Assembly: GCF_018977255.1 (NCBI RefSeq)
Contig: NW_024704742.1
Coordinates: forward strand, 45,510,001-45,574,000
Source of the DNA: Callorhinchus milii
Lineage: Eukaryota
Direction: 5' to 3'
Length of the DNA: 64,000 nucleotides
How positions within the stretch are numbered: the first letter of the stretch is position 1; the number at the start of each line of letters is the position of its first letter. Made by a program: the position numbers and the translations under genes. Positions 1-13,612 of the stretch are shown here, piece after piece. The notes under the pieces are model-generated. The model saw nothing but the letters and a program-made list of their open reading frames with translations, searched no databases and was not told the DNA's origin.

Positions 1-747
1 CAAAGAAACATTTTAGTAAGTGTGGTTACCGTTAACAGTCTTTGCAAGTAGAAGCTGGGTACAAAGCTTCATAGCAGCTTGCACTTGGAATGCTTGTACC
101 TGCCAGTTATTAGTTGGTAGAAGTTGCTGGATAAATTTATTGATTGGTTAATGTACATCTAAATAGAAACAAGACAATCATATATAGACAGTTGAGGTGG
201 ATAGGACAAGGTAAGCAATCTAAACAAATGCAACTGAGTGCCACAGAATCATCTGATTGATTAACTGTCATAAATATATTTCAGTTTAATTATCCACTCT
301 ATTGCCCAGGTTAAATAAAATGTTAAATGCACCTTGCGGAAGGCTAAGTTGACCATTGTGACAATAAAATATCTTGATGCATAAAAGAGACAGGATAGCT
401 TTGTTTTGACCTTGTGTACATATAGCACCAAAGGTCTGAATGTGACTGGCAAATTATTGGCCATATGGTGTGCCACGGAGGAACTGTACAAAGGCTTGGG
501 ATTTGATAGAGCCAGAATATTCTCCTTTGAAGCTTCAATCATGTGGAATACTGAACTTGGATGAAAATTACAGTCAAACGATGGAGCAGGTTTTGAACTC
601 GGTGAACTGAGATATTGGTCAATAGAAGCAATGTCAGTCACGAAAGAACACAGGACTTGGAGAGGAGCTTGGAACTCTGCTTCAACACTGATACTGAAGC
701 TGAGCAGAAAGCCTCAGGACATTCTTGATGTCTTAAAACAATCAAAG

Positions 748-1132
748 AAATAATAATAAAAATAATATCCCTTGCCTTTGATATAGCATATTTCACATCA
801 GGAGGACGTTTCAAAGCTCTAATAATAATTCTTGCATTTGATATAGCACTTTTCACGTCTTCTAGATGTCTCAAAGCGCTTTATAGAATATATTGTAAGG
901 TGAATTGACTGTATATTTGTGGACGAAATGCGGCAGCCAATTGCGCGCAGCAGTGTCCCACAAACAGTCGTGGATTGAAAATAACCAATTTATCATTGTT
1001 TTGTTTTTTGGAGGGATTATTATTAGGCATGTGGAGTAAGGAAACTTGCCCAAGGTTTCGTCCTGCCTGGAATTGAACCCAGGTGTCTCACTTGCAAAGC
1101 GAGTGCTCTAACTACTGAACTACAGGACTCCA
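748..1132 (-). mobile_element. Young tRNA-derived SINE (short subfamily, 820-1132) plus an adjacent older SINE tail (748-820)
   Basis: Minus strand reads GGAGTCCTGTAGTTCAGTAGTTAGAGCACTCGCTTTGCAAG (tRNA-Ala-like head, A/B boxes) through to TATATCAAATGCAAG(AAT)TATTATT. Confidence 0.85.
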
Positions 1133-1383
1133 TATTTATAAGGCAGCTACGCATGCACACATGAATGAGTGCCACTTTGATCGAGGTCAAAGACCCCTGG
1201 ATGATTGGATTGATTTTCTCAGTGAATACATTGAACTGGCAGTTCTGGAGTTTATCCCAAACTGAGCTGTAGTCCATAAACTCGTATCTCTGGCAAAGTA
1301 TTAGTTTCCATTGCATTTGATGAACCAAGATACTTAATGGACAACTCTTTCCTGGTGAATATGAGGATGGAGACTTTCAACAT

Positions 1384-1502
1384 TACTGTGTGCAATTGGC
1401 TGCCACGTTTCGCCCACAAATATATTCTGTGAAGTGCATTGAGACATCTCGAAGATGTGATAGGGCGCTATATCAAATGCATGGATTATTATTATTATTA
1501 TA
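1384..1502 (+). mobile_element. SINE 3' fragment
   Basis: ctgtgtgcaattggctgccacgtttcgcccac...tatatcaaatgcatgg(att)n. Confidence 0.75.
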
Positions 1503-3294
1503 ACTGAAGAGAAATATGCTTCAAGACACCAGTAAGATCCATTGAGTTAAAGAGGAAAGATATGTCAGGTCTGAAGCTGGCAGACAACATTGTAGGGCGA
1601 TTGAGTCCCAGATCCTAAGACCACTTTGTTTGATGCAGAGCTGGAAAAGTACAATATCTGTTAGAAATCTTTAAAGGTTTCCCACTCGAGCCATTTTGTG
1701 ATACAAAAGCTATGGTAGGCACATGTGATAATAAAAAGACAGCAAACATTGAACCAAGGTCAAATACATTTTTAAATTTATTAGCACAGGGAAAATCTAT
1801 ATATTTACAACCAAATAGTGTTTGCCTCACCGTTACAAAGGAGCAGACTTCTTCCACTTTAATGGACTATGGGGAGGGAGAATTGCACCTAAAGTGCTTA
1901 TTTAACATAGCTTTCATTCTTTATTGCTTCTTCACAAATAGAAAGTCCATTAAAAGCACTTATTCTATTACCTCTCTTCTCCAATTCACGCAAATGTTCA
2001 TACAGCCAGCATTACAAGCAATCTGCTGTACCAGCACAAACCAAATGTGTAGCCATAAGTAGGTTTTCGGATGCTAAACCTTGTCAAGCTTGAATCCTTT
2101 ATGCCTGGTTTACTTGATTTTAGCTACTGCAGATTTGTTAAAACTTTGCCAATAGCTATGTTTACTAAGAAAATGCAAAGTGTTTACCTGTATTTATTAA
2201 CTGTTATTAAAGTGTATGCAGTCATCTGCATTTACAAATAGGCATTAAGGTGAATGCATTTGCAGAATTGATTTTGCAGCATTGATTTCATTTTATTTTA
2301 CATGTTAATGTTCTTTAAAAAAAAGCATATTCCCACCTTTTCACTGCAAACTTCCACAATGACTTGGATCTCTTGTGCAATAAATAATGCATTTCATTTC
2401 ATGTCATACTCTTTAGAGCTGAGTGTGCCAGTGGTACAGAACATTCCTATTAGAAAACACAATATTGACTTCTTCAGTATTGTATTTGCTCTTTGCTGTT
2501 ATTCCATTTTTTTTGTTACATCATTACTACATATCACGCTCTCTCCCCAGATAAAATAGTAATACCAGCCACTTTCAATTCACAACTAGATGAACAAATT
2601 AATGAATTAGATATTTGGATCACATATCACACAGTATGATTATGGGGTAAGATGGCACATATGTTTAAACATTTGAAAACATCAAATATTGATTTGGAGA
2701 TATACAGACACAGCTGTTCTGAGATACTTCTGCAACAGTTGTGAAGCAACTGGCTCTATTAAAGGTTTGTCCATGAAGTCTGAAAAACAAGTTTTGAACG
2801 TATTAGAAATGTGCTAAAGTGAAGACTAAGTGCAGGCCCATCAAACTGCTACCTTAGTCAGATTTGAGACGTAGCTTGTTGCTATAGTAATTGAACAACA
2901 ATATGAGAAGTGTAAAACCATGCTGAGAGTGACATGGAGATCTATTAGGACATGTATGGACCTCTGTATGACAAGCACAATATCCTTACAAGACAAGTAG
3001 CATATGATGGCTCTTAGAAAATAGCTTATATAATTAGAATGAACAATACTGGCAGAGCAGGAAGCAATCTCAGAATTGTCGAAGATTTTATGGATGAGTA
3101 TGGGAAAAATGTTCATTACTATTTCAGGAGCACAGGCAGAATATCCGATAGTATGACAGGCAGCATCGATAACATGCTCCGTAAGGACAGCAGCTATGGA
3201 GCTATCAAGACATTTGTATTTTACAGCTTGTATACGTAGATTTCTGCCCTGGAACTTATTATTTTAAATAATAATAAGGCTAACATTGGATACA

Positions 3295-3530
3295 GTGTCT
3301 TATCGCATCAATGTTTCAAAGCGCTTTATGCAATGAGTTTCTTTGAAGTGTAGTGACTGTTGTTATGATGGCAAATGTTGCAGCTAATCTGTGTTCCTCA
3401 AACGGAATAGAGATGAATGAACAAGTCTAATGGAATGTTTTGGTGAATTTGGATTAGGGAGTAATATTGGTCAGTACACATTGCAAATCTTCTTTGAAAT
3501 AGTGCCTTGGGTTTCCATCTTTAACATCAT
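3295..3530 (-). mobile_element. Degenerate Deu-domain SINE fragment
   Basis: caaagcgcttt...gaagtgtagtgactgttgtta...tgaaatagtgccttggg. Confidence 0.5.
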
Positions 3531-4124
3531 TGAACTGCAATTATGGCTTGCCGGTTATTATGTTTAGCATGTGGAGAACTGAGGAGCAACTCCTAATTGT
3601 ATTGGAGTACACATAAACCAAAATATATATAGTAGTGTTGGTGATCATTGTGTAAATTGTAGGTGTTGGAAGGGGAAGGGATCACCTGTGATTTAAATGC
3701 TGCATTGAATTAGTGAACACATGTACCAAAGCTAATTTCACAACAGAATTTTAAATATATATAACATTTTGAACTGTCAGTCTAGTGATGTACAATCACT
3801 GCATTGTTATTTTGTACGGAATACTGTCATAAAGGCTATAAGTCATAGTACTGCATTTTTTAAATACTGATAGTGATAATTTTCCAATCACCTACAGAAG
3901 CTAACTACTCCATTCACAATTCCATACTATTTCCTTGTACTTTTTTAAAAAAAATAATTTTTCCTCTTTCTCATGTTTATTCAATTTCACTTTAATCCAT
4001 TTCCAAGCTGTATCAGCCTCAAAACTGCTGCTGACAAAACATCCCATAATTCTGGTAGCCGTCTGTATTATTTTGTTTCTGCTAATCTTCCGCTTGATTC
4101 TAATCGGTTATGATGACGTTCTCG

Positions 4125-4270
4125 TGCTGTGCTGGGGGTGTGCTGCACTTCAGAGCTGCTGTCCTTCAGATGAGATGTAAAACCAAAGTCCTGTCAGCCT
4201 GTTCAGGTGAATGTTAAAGATCCTACTGAAAAAGTGAAGTGAGTTTCAGCCGATGTACTGGCCAACAAAA
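4125..4270 (+). mobile_element. Deu-domain SINE central fragment
   Basis: cttcagatgagatgtaaaaccaaagtcctgtcagcctgttcaggtgaatgttaaagatcc. Confidence 0.6.
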
Positions 4271-4301
4271 GTGGAGACACTAATTGCAGTCATTAATTGT
4301 G

Positions 4302-4632
4302 GAGTCCTATAGCATAGTGATAAGTGCACTCGCCTCGCAAACAAGAAGATCCGGGGTTTGAAACCCAGGGGGTCGAAACCTTAGGCATGTTTCCTTAATC
4401 CACACGCTGTTTACCAAGCAGCAAGTAGGAACATGGTTGTTATTTGATTGGCGGATCGCTTTCCAGGGATGATAATCCCGCCAAACAAAATATAACTGTT
4501 TGTTGGACATTCCTGTGACTGTGCCCACAAAATATACAGTCAATCCACTTTACAATATATTCTGTGAAGCCCCTAGAGACGTCTTAACAACGTAATAAAG
4601 CACTATATCAAATGCAAGTATTATTATTATTG
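4302..4632 (+). mobile_element. tRNA-derived SINE, long subfamily
   Basis: ggagtcctatagc head, internal ctgtttaccaagcagcaagtagg block, (tta)n tail. Confidence 0.8.
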
Positions 4633-5609
4633 CAGGTTATCATTTTAAGATTTAAAAATATAAAAATATTTTCTGGGCATTGGAGATTTAAGAATACTTT
4701 TGTGGTTTGAGGAGTGATGGTTAATTCCCCATTGTCTCCATTTTCATTGTTTTTATTAAAAACAAGGCATGTTTGCAAGTGCTGTAATGGTAAGTAATTG
4801 GTTTGTTATTGTGGGTGTTTGGAGTATTGCAATGGCATGGATAAGTAGTCCTCTACCTAAGCAAGTGAATGTCAATTTGCTTGTTCCCATGTTCAAGAGA
4901 CAAGAGGGGAATGTTGCTCTGAAGCCAATGACTGTGACTGATAGCAAAGCACTTGGAACGTGTCTGTTTCGGTGTCTGGGGAAAAGTGTCTGGAGATGAC
5001 GTGATGAGTGGAAGATTAACCAGAAATATTGAAGGAGTTATCAGCAAAGCTAAGTAAACAAATGATTCCAGCCCAATATTTTATCTTCTTTGGGAGATGA
5101 ACAATCTCAATACTGCTCAGTCTCAGCTAAGAGTGTGGATGAATTTTACTTGAACTTCAAATGTTATTTTGTTGTTGGACAATGAGTTCACAATAGAGGA
5201 TCAGAGCAGTGAATGGAAAATTGTGCTGGTAACTGGCAATGCCTCACAGTCCACTCATGGAAACAGTGCTGCAAAGCACCAGAGGTCAATCCTGGAAGCT
5301 AGGGCCAAAGCCTTACTGATCGCTTAAAATATTTTTTTTTGACCAAGAAAAATGTGAAATTCAGCTTCCTCGGGTGACCAACATAAAACAATATTGAGCA
5401 ACAAAGGGCTCAATGTCGTGCCTAAAATTTAAAACAAATGAAACCCTTTGCTTCAGGATCATTGATATTGAGAGGAACAAACCATTTACCTGGAGAAAGG
5501 TGGTGCCTTTGCTGGTAATTTTCAAACATCCAGTAACCTATTTAAGGAATGCTCTAACTTTACAATTTTACCCCTGCATTTCTTGGGTGTGACTGGGAGA
5601 TGCCCCACC

Positions 5610-5815
5610 CAGCAATTAACAACAACCTTGCATTTATATACGCCCTTCACGTCAGGAGGACATCCCAAGACACTGGATAACAAAGGATTTGCACATGAGC
5701 TGAGGGTTGGGATCAGAATGGAGTGGTAGGCAAGTGGGATGGAGGGTAAGATGACTGAAGGCACGGTCAAAAAGGAAGGTCTTGAGATGGGCCTTGGTGG
5801 GGGTGGGTGGGAGAG
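5610..5815 (-). mobile_element. L2-clade LINE 3' tail
   Basis: aacaacaaccttgcatttatata...ggacatcccaag...aggaaggtcttgagatggg; homologous to 47060-47230. Confidence 0.65.
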
Positions 5816-5974
5816 AATTAAAAAAAAATGCTGGCCCTCCTGGCAAAGATTACTTTACATGACTTGGCTTGCACTATGAACGCTTATAAAAGTCATCACT
5901 GCGCTTTAAAACCTTAGACATTAAAAGGACTGCTCCAATTTACACATTGTGGAGATAGAAACAAAATTGAAAAT

Positions 5975-6045
5975 CTTAAGCAAAAAGAGAACCTGTTGGA
6001 AATCTACAGCAGGTCGATCAGCATCTGAGAGAGAAATAGAGGTTG
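5975..6045 (-). mobile_element. Penelope-like element terminal fragment
   Basis: gttggaaatctacagcaggtcgatcagcatctgagagagaaatagag is the reverse-complement homolog of 36480-36545. Confidence 0.5.
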
Positions 6046-6397
6046 TTGATTGAACTGCAGTTGCTTTCTTCATTTTCTCTTTTTATTTTATTGTTGGCTG
6101 GAGATTTGCTGCAGTAACTAGCAATTGTTCCAGCAAAGAGACTGCTCGCTTTTAATGCTTTGCTAAACAGCTGTTCAAGGTAGTGTTTGTTTTTAATTGT
6201 ACTTTAATTCAGACTTTATCACAGTACTACAAATAGCAAACCCACCAGTGCTATAAACCTTTTATAGATTAGGCAATTATATTCAAGTAATTGCAGAAAA
6301 AGCTGTACATATTTTATTGGAAAATCAAACTATTTCTGAAATTACCAAAGAGCCAAACTCTATATTCCATAAAACTGGTGTTAAGATCATTTGAATT

Positions 6398-6600
6398 GTG
6401 TCAGCCGGATTCATTCGGTAACACATTCGCCTCTTGAATCAAAAGATTGTGGTACTTGCTCCTCATCAGGATTGTAAACTTTTAGCCTAGTCTGAAACTC
6501 TAATGCAGTGCTGAGGGAGTGCAGTATTGTTGGAGGTGTCGCACTTCAGATGAGAAGTTAAACCAAGTTAATACACTCCATCTGTTTGGCCCCTCTGTCT
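6398..6600 (+). mobile_element. Deu-domain SINE 5' part
   Basis: gtgtcagccggattcattcggtaacac head; gcagtgctgagggagtgcagtattgttggaggtg. Confidence 0.6.
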
Positions 6601-6720
6601 CTCTGTGTCACTGATAAAATCTGAGAGGATGGTGTTCTCTGCAGCTGATCTCCTTTTTTCAGCTAATGACGTGCATACGTTCAGGACACTTGCAGTCCAA
6701 ATGAAGATTCCCAATGGTTT

Positions 6721-7039
6721 TAATAATAATAATAATCCTTGCATTTGATGTAGCACTTTTCACGTCTTCTCGACTTCTCAAAGCACTTCACAGAATAGAT
6801 TGTAAGTAAATTGACCATATATTTGTGGGCAAAACACGGCAGCCAATTGCACACAGCAGTGTCCCACAAACAGCTGTGGATTGAAAATGACCAATTTATT
6901 ATTGTTTTGTTTTGGAGGGATTATTATTAGGCGTGTGGAGTAAGGAAACTTGCCCAAGGTTTTGCCCTGCCTGGAATTGAATCCAGGGTGTCTCGCTTGC
7001 AAAGCGAGTGCTCTAACCACTGAGCTACAGGACTCCACT
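6721..7039 (-). mobile_element. Young tRNA-derived SINE, full length, short subfamily
   Basis: Near-identical to 59850-60180 and 28365-28676. Confidence 0.9.
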
Positions 7040-7105
7040 GTAGCTGATTTCATTCCAATACTGGGTGACCAATAAGCAATGACCAGACTACCCCTCCTTT
7101 ATCTG

Positions 7106-7387
7106 AGGCAAGTTTCCTTAATCCACACGCCTCTGTTTACCTGGCAGTAAGTAGGAATCCGGTTGTTAGTCGATTGGCGGATTACTTTTCCATGAGTAAT
7201 AAATCCTTAAAAAAAATTGGTCACTTCAGTCCACGACTGTTTGTGGGACACTGCTGTGCGCAATTGGCTGCTGCGTTCCGCCCACAAAATACACAGTCAC
7301 CATACTCTACAGTATATTCTGTGAAGACATCTCGAAGATTTGATAAGCCGCTTTATCAAATGCAAGGATTATCCTTATTATTATTAT
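7106..7387 (+). mobile_element. 5'-truncated SINE, long subfamily
   Basis: ggcaagtttccttaatccacacgcctctgtttacctggcagtaagtagg...caaatgcaaggattat. Confidence 0.8.
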
Positions 7388-8609
7388 CGGAGTTGGATAG
7401 TAACTGAATTATTGAATTATTGATACAAGTCAGGCAAAGTCCAATATGCCCCTGTTTATTTCCCTTTGTTCACTATCTATTTTGGAGGTTAATTTCCCAC
7501 CCGTCATCATGAAGTGTTTGATGTATTTACAGTTACTGGAAGTAGGTCCCAATTTGAATTCCTTAAATATGGAATTATTTTGGAATTTGTTATTTATTAG
7601 ACTCCAAAATGTATATGTTGTTTCTTTATAAATATTTCTTATTTCTCCCCATCTACTTCCACACCCAGCTAGGGTGCCCATCCAACACTGTCAAGTGCTT
7701 TGAGACATCCTCCCTATGCACAGAAGTAAATTGCATTTTACTGCTTGTTTGGTCATAGCTATTCAGTGACTGCGTGACTATTTAGGCATAGGAGAAGCTG
7801 TGCAATTTATTTAATAGAGTGGACTAACCACTTTTACATTTTCAGTGGAGTAGCCACAAGGGATGGAACAGAATACACTTTGGAAATAAAACTGAATGGA
7901 AATGTAACTTCAGCATAAAATACTAGCTTTCACAACCAGAAGCATAATGCACTCAGTTGCTTTTTTGGAACAAAAAACAAATAAGAATTTCCAAGAAACT
8001 ATCATGTGAATTTGGTATAATGGATTTCAGTTTTCCAACACTTGTGTAGTAGTGACTCAAGTCTGTTTGGGTTCAGTTGCTTTTGTAAGAATTGCTTGTA
8101 ATTGAAGTCTTTGTAAAGCACAGAAAATAAAATTGCTGCAAGAGCCAAGCCACCTCGATTTGATAGCCAACAGGTACTTCATGTTGGAAATTGCTGGGAT
8201 AATAGGTTATTTTCAAGACTGGATTGCAAGTTCATTCTCGACTCTTGTGATACAAACATTATCTATCAATGAGTAATTGACAAAATTGTCCTAAGACTTA
8301 TTAATTGTGTGGATTTAACTTGGAGAATCTGTGTATTCTGCCCATATGTGCTGGACCCAGCAGAAGGCAGACAACAATCGATCAGGTCACAGCACTCATA
8401 TACTGAAAACTGCAGGTGTATGTTTGATACCTGGACCTATCTTGAAGGAGCAAACAGTACCAAATTATATTCTCTTCAGGCGTTGCATATATAAGAGCAG
8501 AGCTCAGTATATACACATAATATCTATGTATTCAACATACTATGCAAAGCTAGTGCAGATTTAATGTTACAAAAGAGCCGAGAGCACTGTTCATTTGTTC
8601 TAATATATA

Positions 8610-10036
8610 ATAATAAATAACAACAGCGACTTGCATTTATATGGCACCTTTTGTGCAGGGTAGCTCATAATAGTGGCGGAGCCTGAAGCCGAGCCAGGAG
8701 GAGGGAGGAGGTGACTGTAGGCATGGTCAAAGAGGAAGTTCTTGAGGCAAGATAATAATAATAATCCTTGCATTTGATATAGCGCCTTATAATAATAATA
8801 ATCCTTGCATTTGATATAGCGCTTATCATATCTTTGAGACATCTCAAAGCGCTTCACAGAATATACTGTAAAGTGAATTGACTGTATATTTTGTGGGCGT
8901 AACATAGCGCCTTATAATAATAATAATAATCCTTGCATTTGATATAGCACTTATCATATCTTTGAGACATCTCAAAGCGCTTCACAGAATATACTGTAAA
9001 GTGAATTGACTGTATATTTTGTGGGCGAAACATAGCAGCCAAATGCACACAGCAGTGTCCCACAAACAGTCGTGGATTGAAGTGATCAATCTTTTATCAT
9101 TATCATTTTTTTGAAGGAATTATTACCCCCAATAAACAATCTGACAATCGACTAATAACTGGGTTCCTACTTACTCCTAGGTAAACAGAGGCGTGTGGAA
9201 TAAGGAAACTTGCACAACATTTTGCCCTGCTGGGAATCAAACCCAGGTCTCTCGCTTGCGAGGTGAATGCTCTAATCACTCAGCTACAGGAATTCACAAA
9301 ATCTGAGAATGGGGAAGGGTGGGGCAAAGTGGAGGTTATAGGAAGAGAGTTTCAGAGTTTGGGGATGTAGTGGCTGAAAGCTCAGCCATTGATGGTGGAA
9401 CAGAGGGCACAAGGGCATGGCAGAGGGTGGAGCCAGCTAAGCGGAGACGGTGGGTGGTGGCCTGGGGAATAAGCAGGTAGGGAGATGCCAGGCGGTGAAG
9501 GGATTTGTAAATGAATGTGATGATCTTGAAGTTGATCTGTTCTGTTATAGGGAACTAGTGGAGCCTAGCGAGGGCTGGTGTGAGGGTATAGTGTTTAGAG
9601 CAGGTGAGTACATGGGTGGCGGAGTTTTAGAGCAGTTGAATTCTGTGGATAGTGGAGCTGGGGAGACCAGTGGGGAGTGCATTTGAATAGTGATAAAGCT
9701 GTGGGCGAGAGCTTCGGCCACGTTCAGTCTAAGGTACAGTCGGAGGCTGGCAATACGACAGAGGTGGAGGAAAGTGGTCCAGGTTAGGCATCGGATGTGA
9801 GGTAGAAAGAACAGCCGTGGGTCAAACCTGACGCCTAAGTTACATAAAGGCTTGGGATGTCCTCCCGTAGTGAAAGACGCTATACAAATGTAATTTTGTT
9901 GTTGTTGTTGTTCGGTATGTCTTAGGAATAGTCCGGGAAGGTTCAGGAGTTCAGAGCCACAGGAGAGAAGACTTTGACGGGAACCAAGGATTATGTCTTC
10001 TGTCTTGTCGCCATTTAGCTGCAATATTCCTTGCAT
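8610..10036 (-). mobile_element. Decayed L2-clade LINE 3' region interrupted by a SINE (8752-9297) and a plus-strand tail (9841-9912)
   Basis: Minus-strand translation LQLNGDKTEDIILGS...NLGVRFDPRLFFLPHIR...FLHLCRIASLRLYL; LINE tail at 8610-8750. Confidence 0.8.
8752..9297 (-). mobile_element. tRNA-derived SINE (long subfamily) with duplicated 3' tail
   Basis: Head at ~9297-9240; tail motif tccttgcatttgatatagc occurs at 8765, 8802 and 8930. Confidence 0.85.
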
Positions 10037-10766
10037 TTCTTATAATAGCTTATCACGACATTGAGGCATCTCAAAGCGCTTCACAGGATATACTGTAAAG
10101 TGGATTGACTGTGTATTTTGTGGCTTCTAACGTTAGCAGGCCACTTTTTAAGCTTCAGCTCTGAAGTTTTACAAAGTTGATTTTACAGCAATAGTGTGAC
10201 ACCACCTACTCCAGGGCATTTCATCCCCATTCCCTTATGCTTTTAACTGACACCAGTTATTCCTCTGCATCGCTGCAAAACAGAAATCAATTTCAAGCAA
10301 AATGTGCAGCATTGCTGCTCTCTCCATCTCGAAAGCACAGAACACTGAATCTGATGTTTTGTCCTTCCCTTTCTTTCTGTTTGGTACATTACCTCTTCCT
10401 AGTCCTTGATTTTATCTCATAAATATTCATAGAAGTGGGGTATGAAATCACCTCAGTGCACTGGCGCTGAAAAGAATGGATTTATAATTGAAATCGCAGG
10501 CACTTCACTGACATTTATTGCTATGGGAACAAATGGAAAAAGACTGGAGAGGGATAAAGTAGCTGTTGATATTGTTGGCCCCTCAATTATGTTTTTTTCA
10601 TATATTTTTAAGCCATGTGATTGAACGCTTTCGTGGAGACGGAGATATTACTAAGAAACAATGAAGTGGTAGGACCACAACAGAGTTGCATGGATACAAT
10701 GTTTATTTTTCAAGTGGAATCTGATGGTGGATGCCATGTGATAAGGAACTACTTGCTTGCATTCTG

Positions 10767-11200
10767 ATGTGGCAGCTTGGTTCAGCGGTAAGCACGCTCT
10801 CCTCTAATTCAGAAGGTTGTGAGTTCTGGCTTCATGTCGGGACTCAGTCAAAGCTGACACTGTAATGCAGTGCTGGGAGTGTGCAGCAACACTTTGTTGC
10901 AAGTGCCGCCCTATGGATGAGAAGTTAAATTGAGGTCTCATGTGCATGGTCAGGTGACGGCACTATTCGAAAAGAGAAGGGAGTTTCTCACGGTTTCCTG
11001 GCCAACAATCTCTTGAATAAAATTGGTCATTCACTTCATGGCTGTTTGTGAGATATTGCTGTGCACAAATTGGCTGCCGCATTGGCCTACAAATACACAA
11101 TAACTATACTTGACCGTCTGTCTTGTGAAGTGCTTTGGGATACTCTCCAATTTGAAAGAGACTATATAAAATGCAAGGATTAATTATTGTCATTATTATT
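10767..11200 (+). mobile_element. Deu-domain SINE (SacSINE1/AmnSINE1-related), near full length
   Basis: tRNA-like head, ggatgagaagttaaattgagg, ctgtgcacaaattggctgccgc, aaatgcaaggatta tail. Confidence 0.75.
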
Positions 11201-11329
11201 GCGTGCAGAGGAATTCAACATATAGATATGTCATTGTCCATGTGTCAAATTGAAGAGGAATAACAGTGGGTATAGTTGATTGAGTTCTGTAGGGTTTTAT
11301 GTTACTTTATTCTGTGTATCTGCTCCCAA

Positions 11330-11860
11330 ATCTATCTCTCTGCATATACTCTCATTTCCAGGTCTACTTAAGTTCTAACAGACTGTTTTGTCAAACATCA
11401 AGACCCAATGAGCCTTAATTTCTTGGAGCTGAACATCGATAAAACTGATGTCACCCTAATCAGCTTTTACCAGCATCTTCTTGCATCTGCCTTTACTCCT
11501 TTTGTCTCCCAGTTTATGCACCCTATAGTCAAGTGAGTGGGCAACTGTGATGCTCTGTTTGACTGTCAGCTCACTTTCAAACCCAAATAGTCCTTGACAA
11601 AGATTGTCTTCCTCTATCTGTGGAACATCGCTCACTTATGTCGCATCCCAACCCTCAAGACAAGAAAACCCTCCTTGTGCATTTGTCACCTAAAGACTAA
11701 ATTTTCTAACACTTTCCTACAAGCCGAGCCTACCCTTCCCTCCCTAGGTTCCTGCTCAATGAAGTCCATGCAACTTATATCCTCTCCTCCATCAGGTTCC
11801 ACAAACCCACTTTCCCCATCTTGTTTATGCTCTATTGCCTCTCCGTTCATTTTGATCTCT
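11330..11860 (+). mobile_element. Highly decayed L2 LINE ORF2 fragment
   Basis: ttcttggagctgaacatcgataaaactga (FLELNIDKT); tttgactgtcagctcactttcaaaccc. Confidence 0.5.
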
Positions 11861-12049
11861 GAATGAATGGTTTGGTAATAAGCAGATAAAGAAGGTGCTG
11901 AAGTGTCAGGGTATCCCTATTCCTGGTTGTTAGTGCTCAGGTTATATACATGAATTAAAAATCTCTGATCTAGAAACAGACAAAACTCATGGCAGGTTGA
12001 CAAAGGTATGATTGTTGGGGCTGTACCTGTTCATAACTGAAACTTTAGA

Positions 12050-12460
12050 TTCTGTTGGAATCAGTCATAGAGAGTGTACAGATGGGATTCATTAAGACAA
12101 TACCAGGCATGAAAGACTTTAGTTAGGAGAAGAGACTGGAACAGGTGAGAGTGTTTTCCCTAAAACAGACAAGGCTAAGACTCGTGATGGAAATTTGCAA
12201 ATTTATGAGTGATTTTGTAAAGGTAAATAATTAGAAATCCATTTTTTAACACAAAGGGTTCAAAGGACATGGAACGCTCCGATAAAAATGATTATTAAAT
12301 CAGAATCATAATAGCTTTTATAATGGAAAAAAGACAAATATTGTAAAAGGAAATTATAAAAGGTTGTGGGGAAAGGGGATGTGGAAATAACTAGCTAGCT
12401 TTTACAGAGAGCTGCCAAGATGGACAAAATGACAGTCTTCTGAGCAGAAATATTCTGATT
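12050..12460 (+). mobile_element. Decayed CR1 LINE 3' end
   Basis: gagagtgtacagatgggattcattaagacaataccaggcatgaaag...ttttttaacacaaagggt. Confidence 0.6.
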
Positions 12461-13149
12461 TTTCTGAAATATTCTTGAGACATCCTTCAGACGTTTCTGA
12501 AAGGTGCTTTATAAATATGAAATTGTTGTTGCTGCTGTATGATGCTACAATATGATTTTCAAGAATGTGAACAAAATTTTCCAGGAAAAAAGGGTGAACT
12601 CTGTTTCAAATGAAAATCTCTGAGACGCAATCCCGAGTGAAGGGCGCTATGTAATTGCAAGCTATTGTTGTTGATATGCCATTAACCTCACCTTAAAGTG
12701 CATGTTCCTTAATTCAGAGAAAGAGGAAAAGAACAGAGAAGCCATGCATCAGTTTCATCAAAGTTGCCACAAGTTCCACTGTCACAATGAAATAGTGCTG
12801 TTTCTGCCAATATTTTTTTTTAATTGTTGTAACAAGAGGGTTCCTCTTTAAAATGGTCCCCTTATTTACAATGGACCGGACTTAAATTACATTGAAATAG
12901 AAATCAATGTTTTATTCAGCACATACCGTTGGAGCAAAGTGCTCAGCAGAGTTTTACATGCCCGAATACCTGCTTTAGCTGTCTGAATTATGAATGAATG
13001 AACATCACTATCTATTTTTAATTTTTCAATTAGAATCATAGACTGTTTAAAGTACAAAAGGAGGCCATCCAGGGACTCTATATGTCCTGGTACCAGCTCC
13101 TCCATGGCTGCTAATTAGCATGTTGCTGAGAACAGCGACCTTGCAATAA

Positions 13150-13312
13150 TTAACCCACTCACTCCACGACTGTATGTGAGACATTGCTGTGCGCTCCCGG
13201 CTGCCGCATTTTGCCCAACAATCTCTTTGCAGTATACCCTGTGAAGCACTTTTAGATGTCTCAGCGATGAGATAAAGTACTATATTAAATGTAAGGATGA
13301 TTATTATTATTA
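13150..13312 (+). mobile_element. SINE 3' fragment
   Basis: ccacgactgtatgtgagacattgctgtgcgc...aaatgtaaggatgattattatt. Confidence 0.7.
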
Positions 13313-13612
13313 ACATGCTGCAGGTAAACTCCCCTCCTCCGACACTCTTCAAAAACACTACGCCGAGAAGGCAATTGTGCCACTCATAGAACGTCCGAAA
13401 TGCATATCGCACTATTGGGCTACAAACTAGCTGCTTGATAATGGGATGCTTATGCAACTCAGACGTTTTAGTTTAATTAAGTGGGTATTCATGGCCTCTG
13501 GATGCCTCGATCCACTTGCTAAAAGTGTAATGTTTTACAGCCGGCTACTGGATGGAACCATTGTATCAAACGATGCTAATTTCATCCTATAGTAATTGAG
13601 CAAGTTATATAG

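Noticed and set aside
8600..9063. Recurrent ORFs with CKDYYYY / QGLLLL / ARIIII motifs and an array-like repeat pattern
   Set aside because: These are translations of SINE (TTA)n tails. There is no repeat-spacer structure and the DNA is eukaryotic, so not CRISPR and not a gene family.
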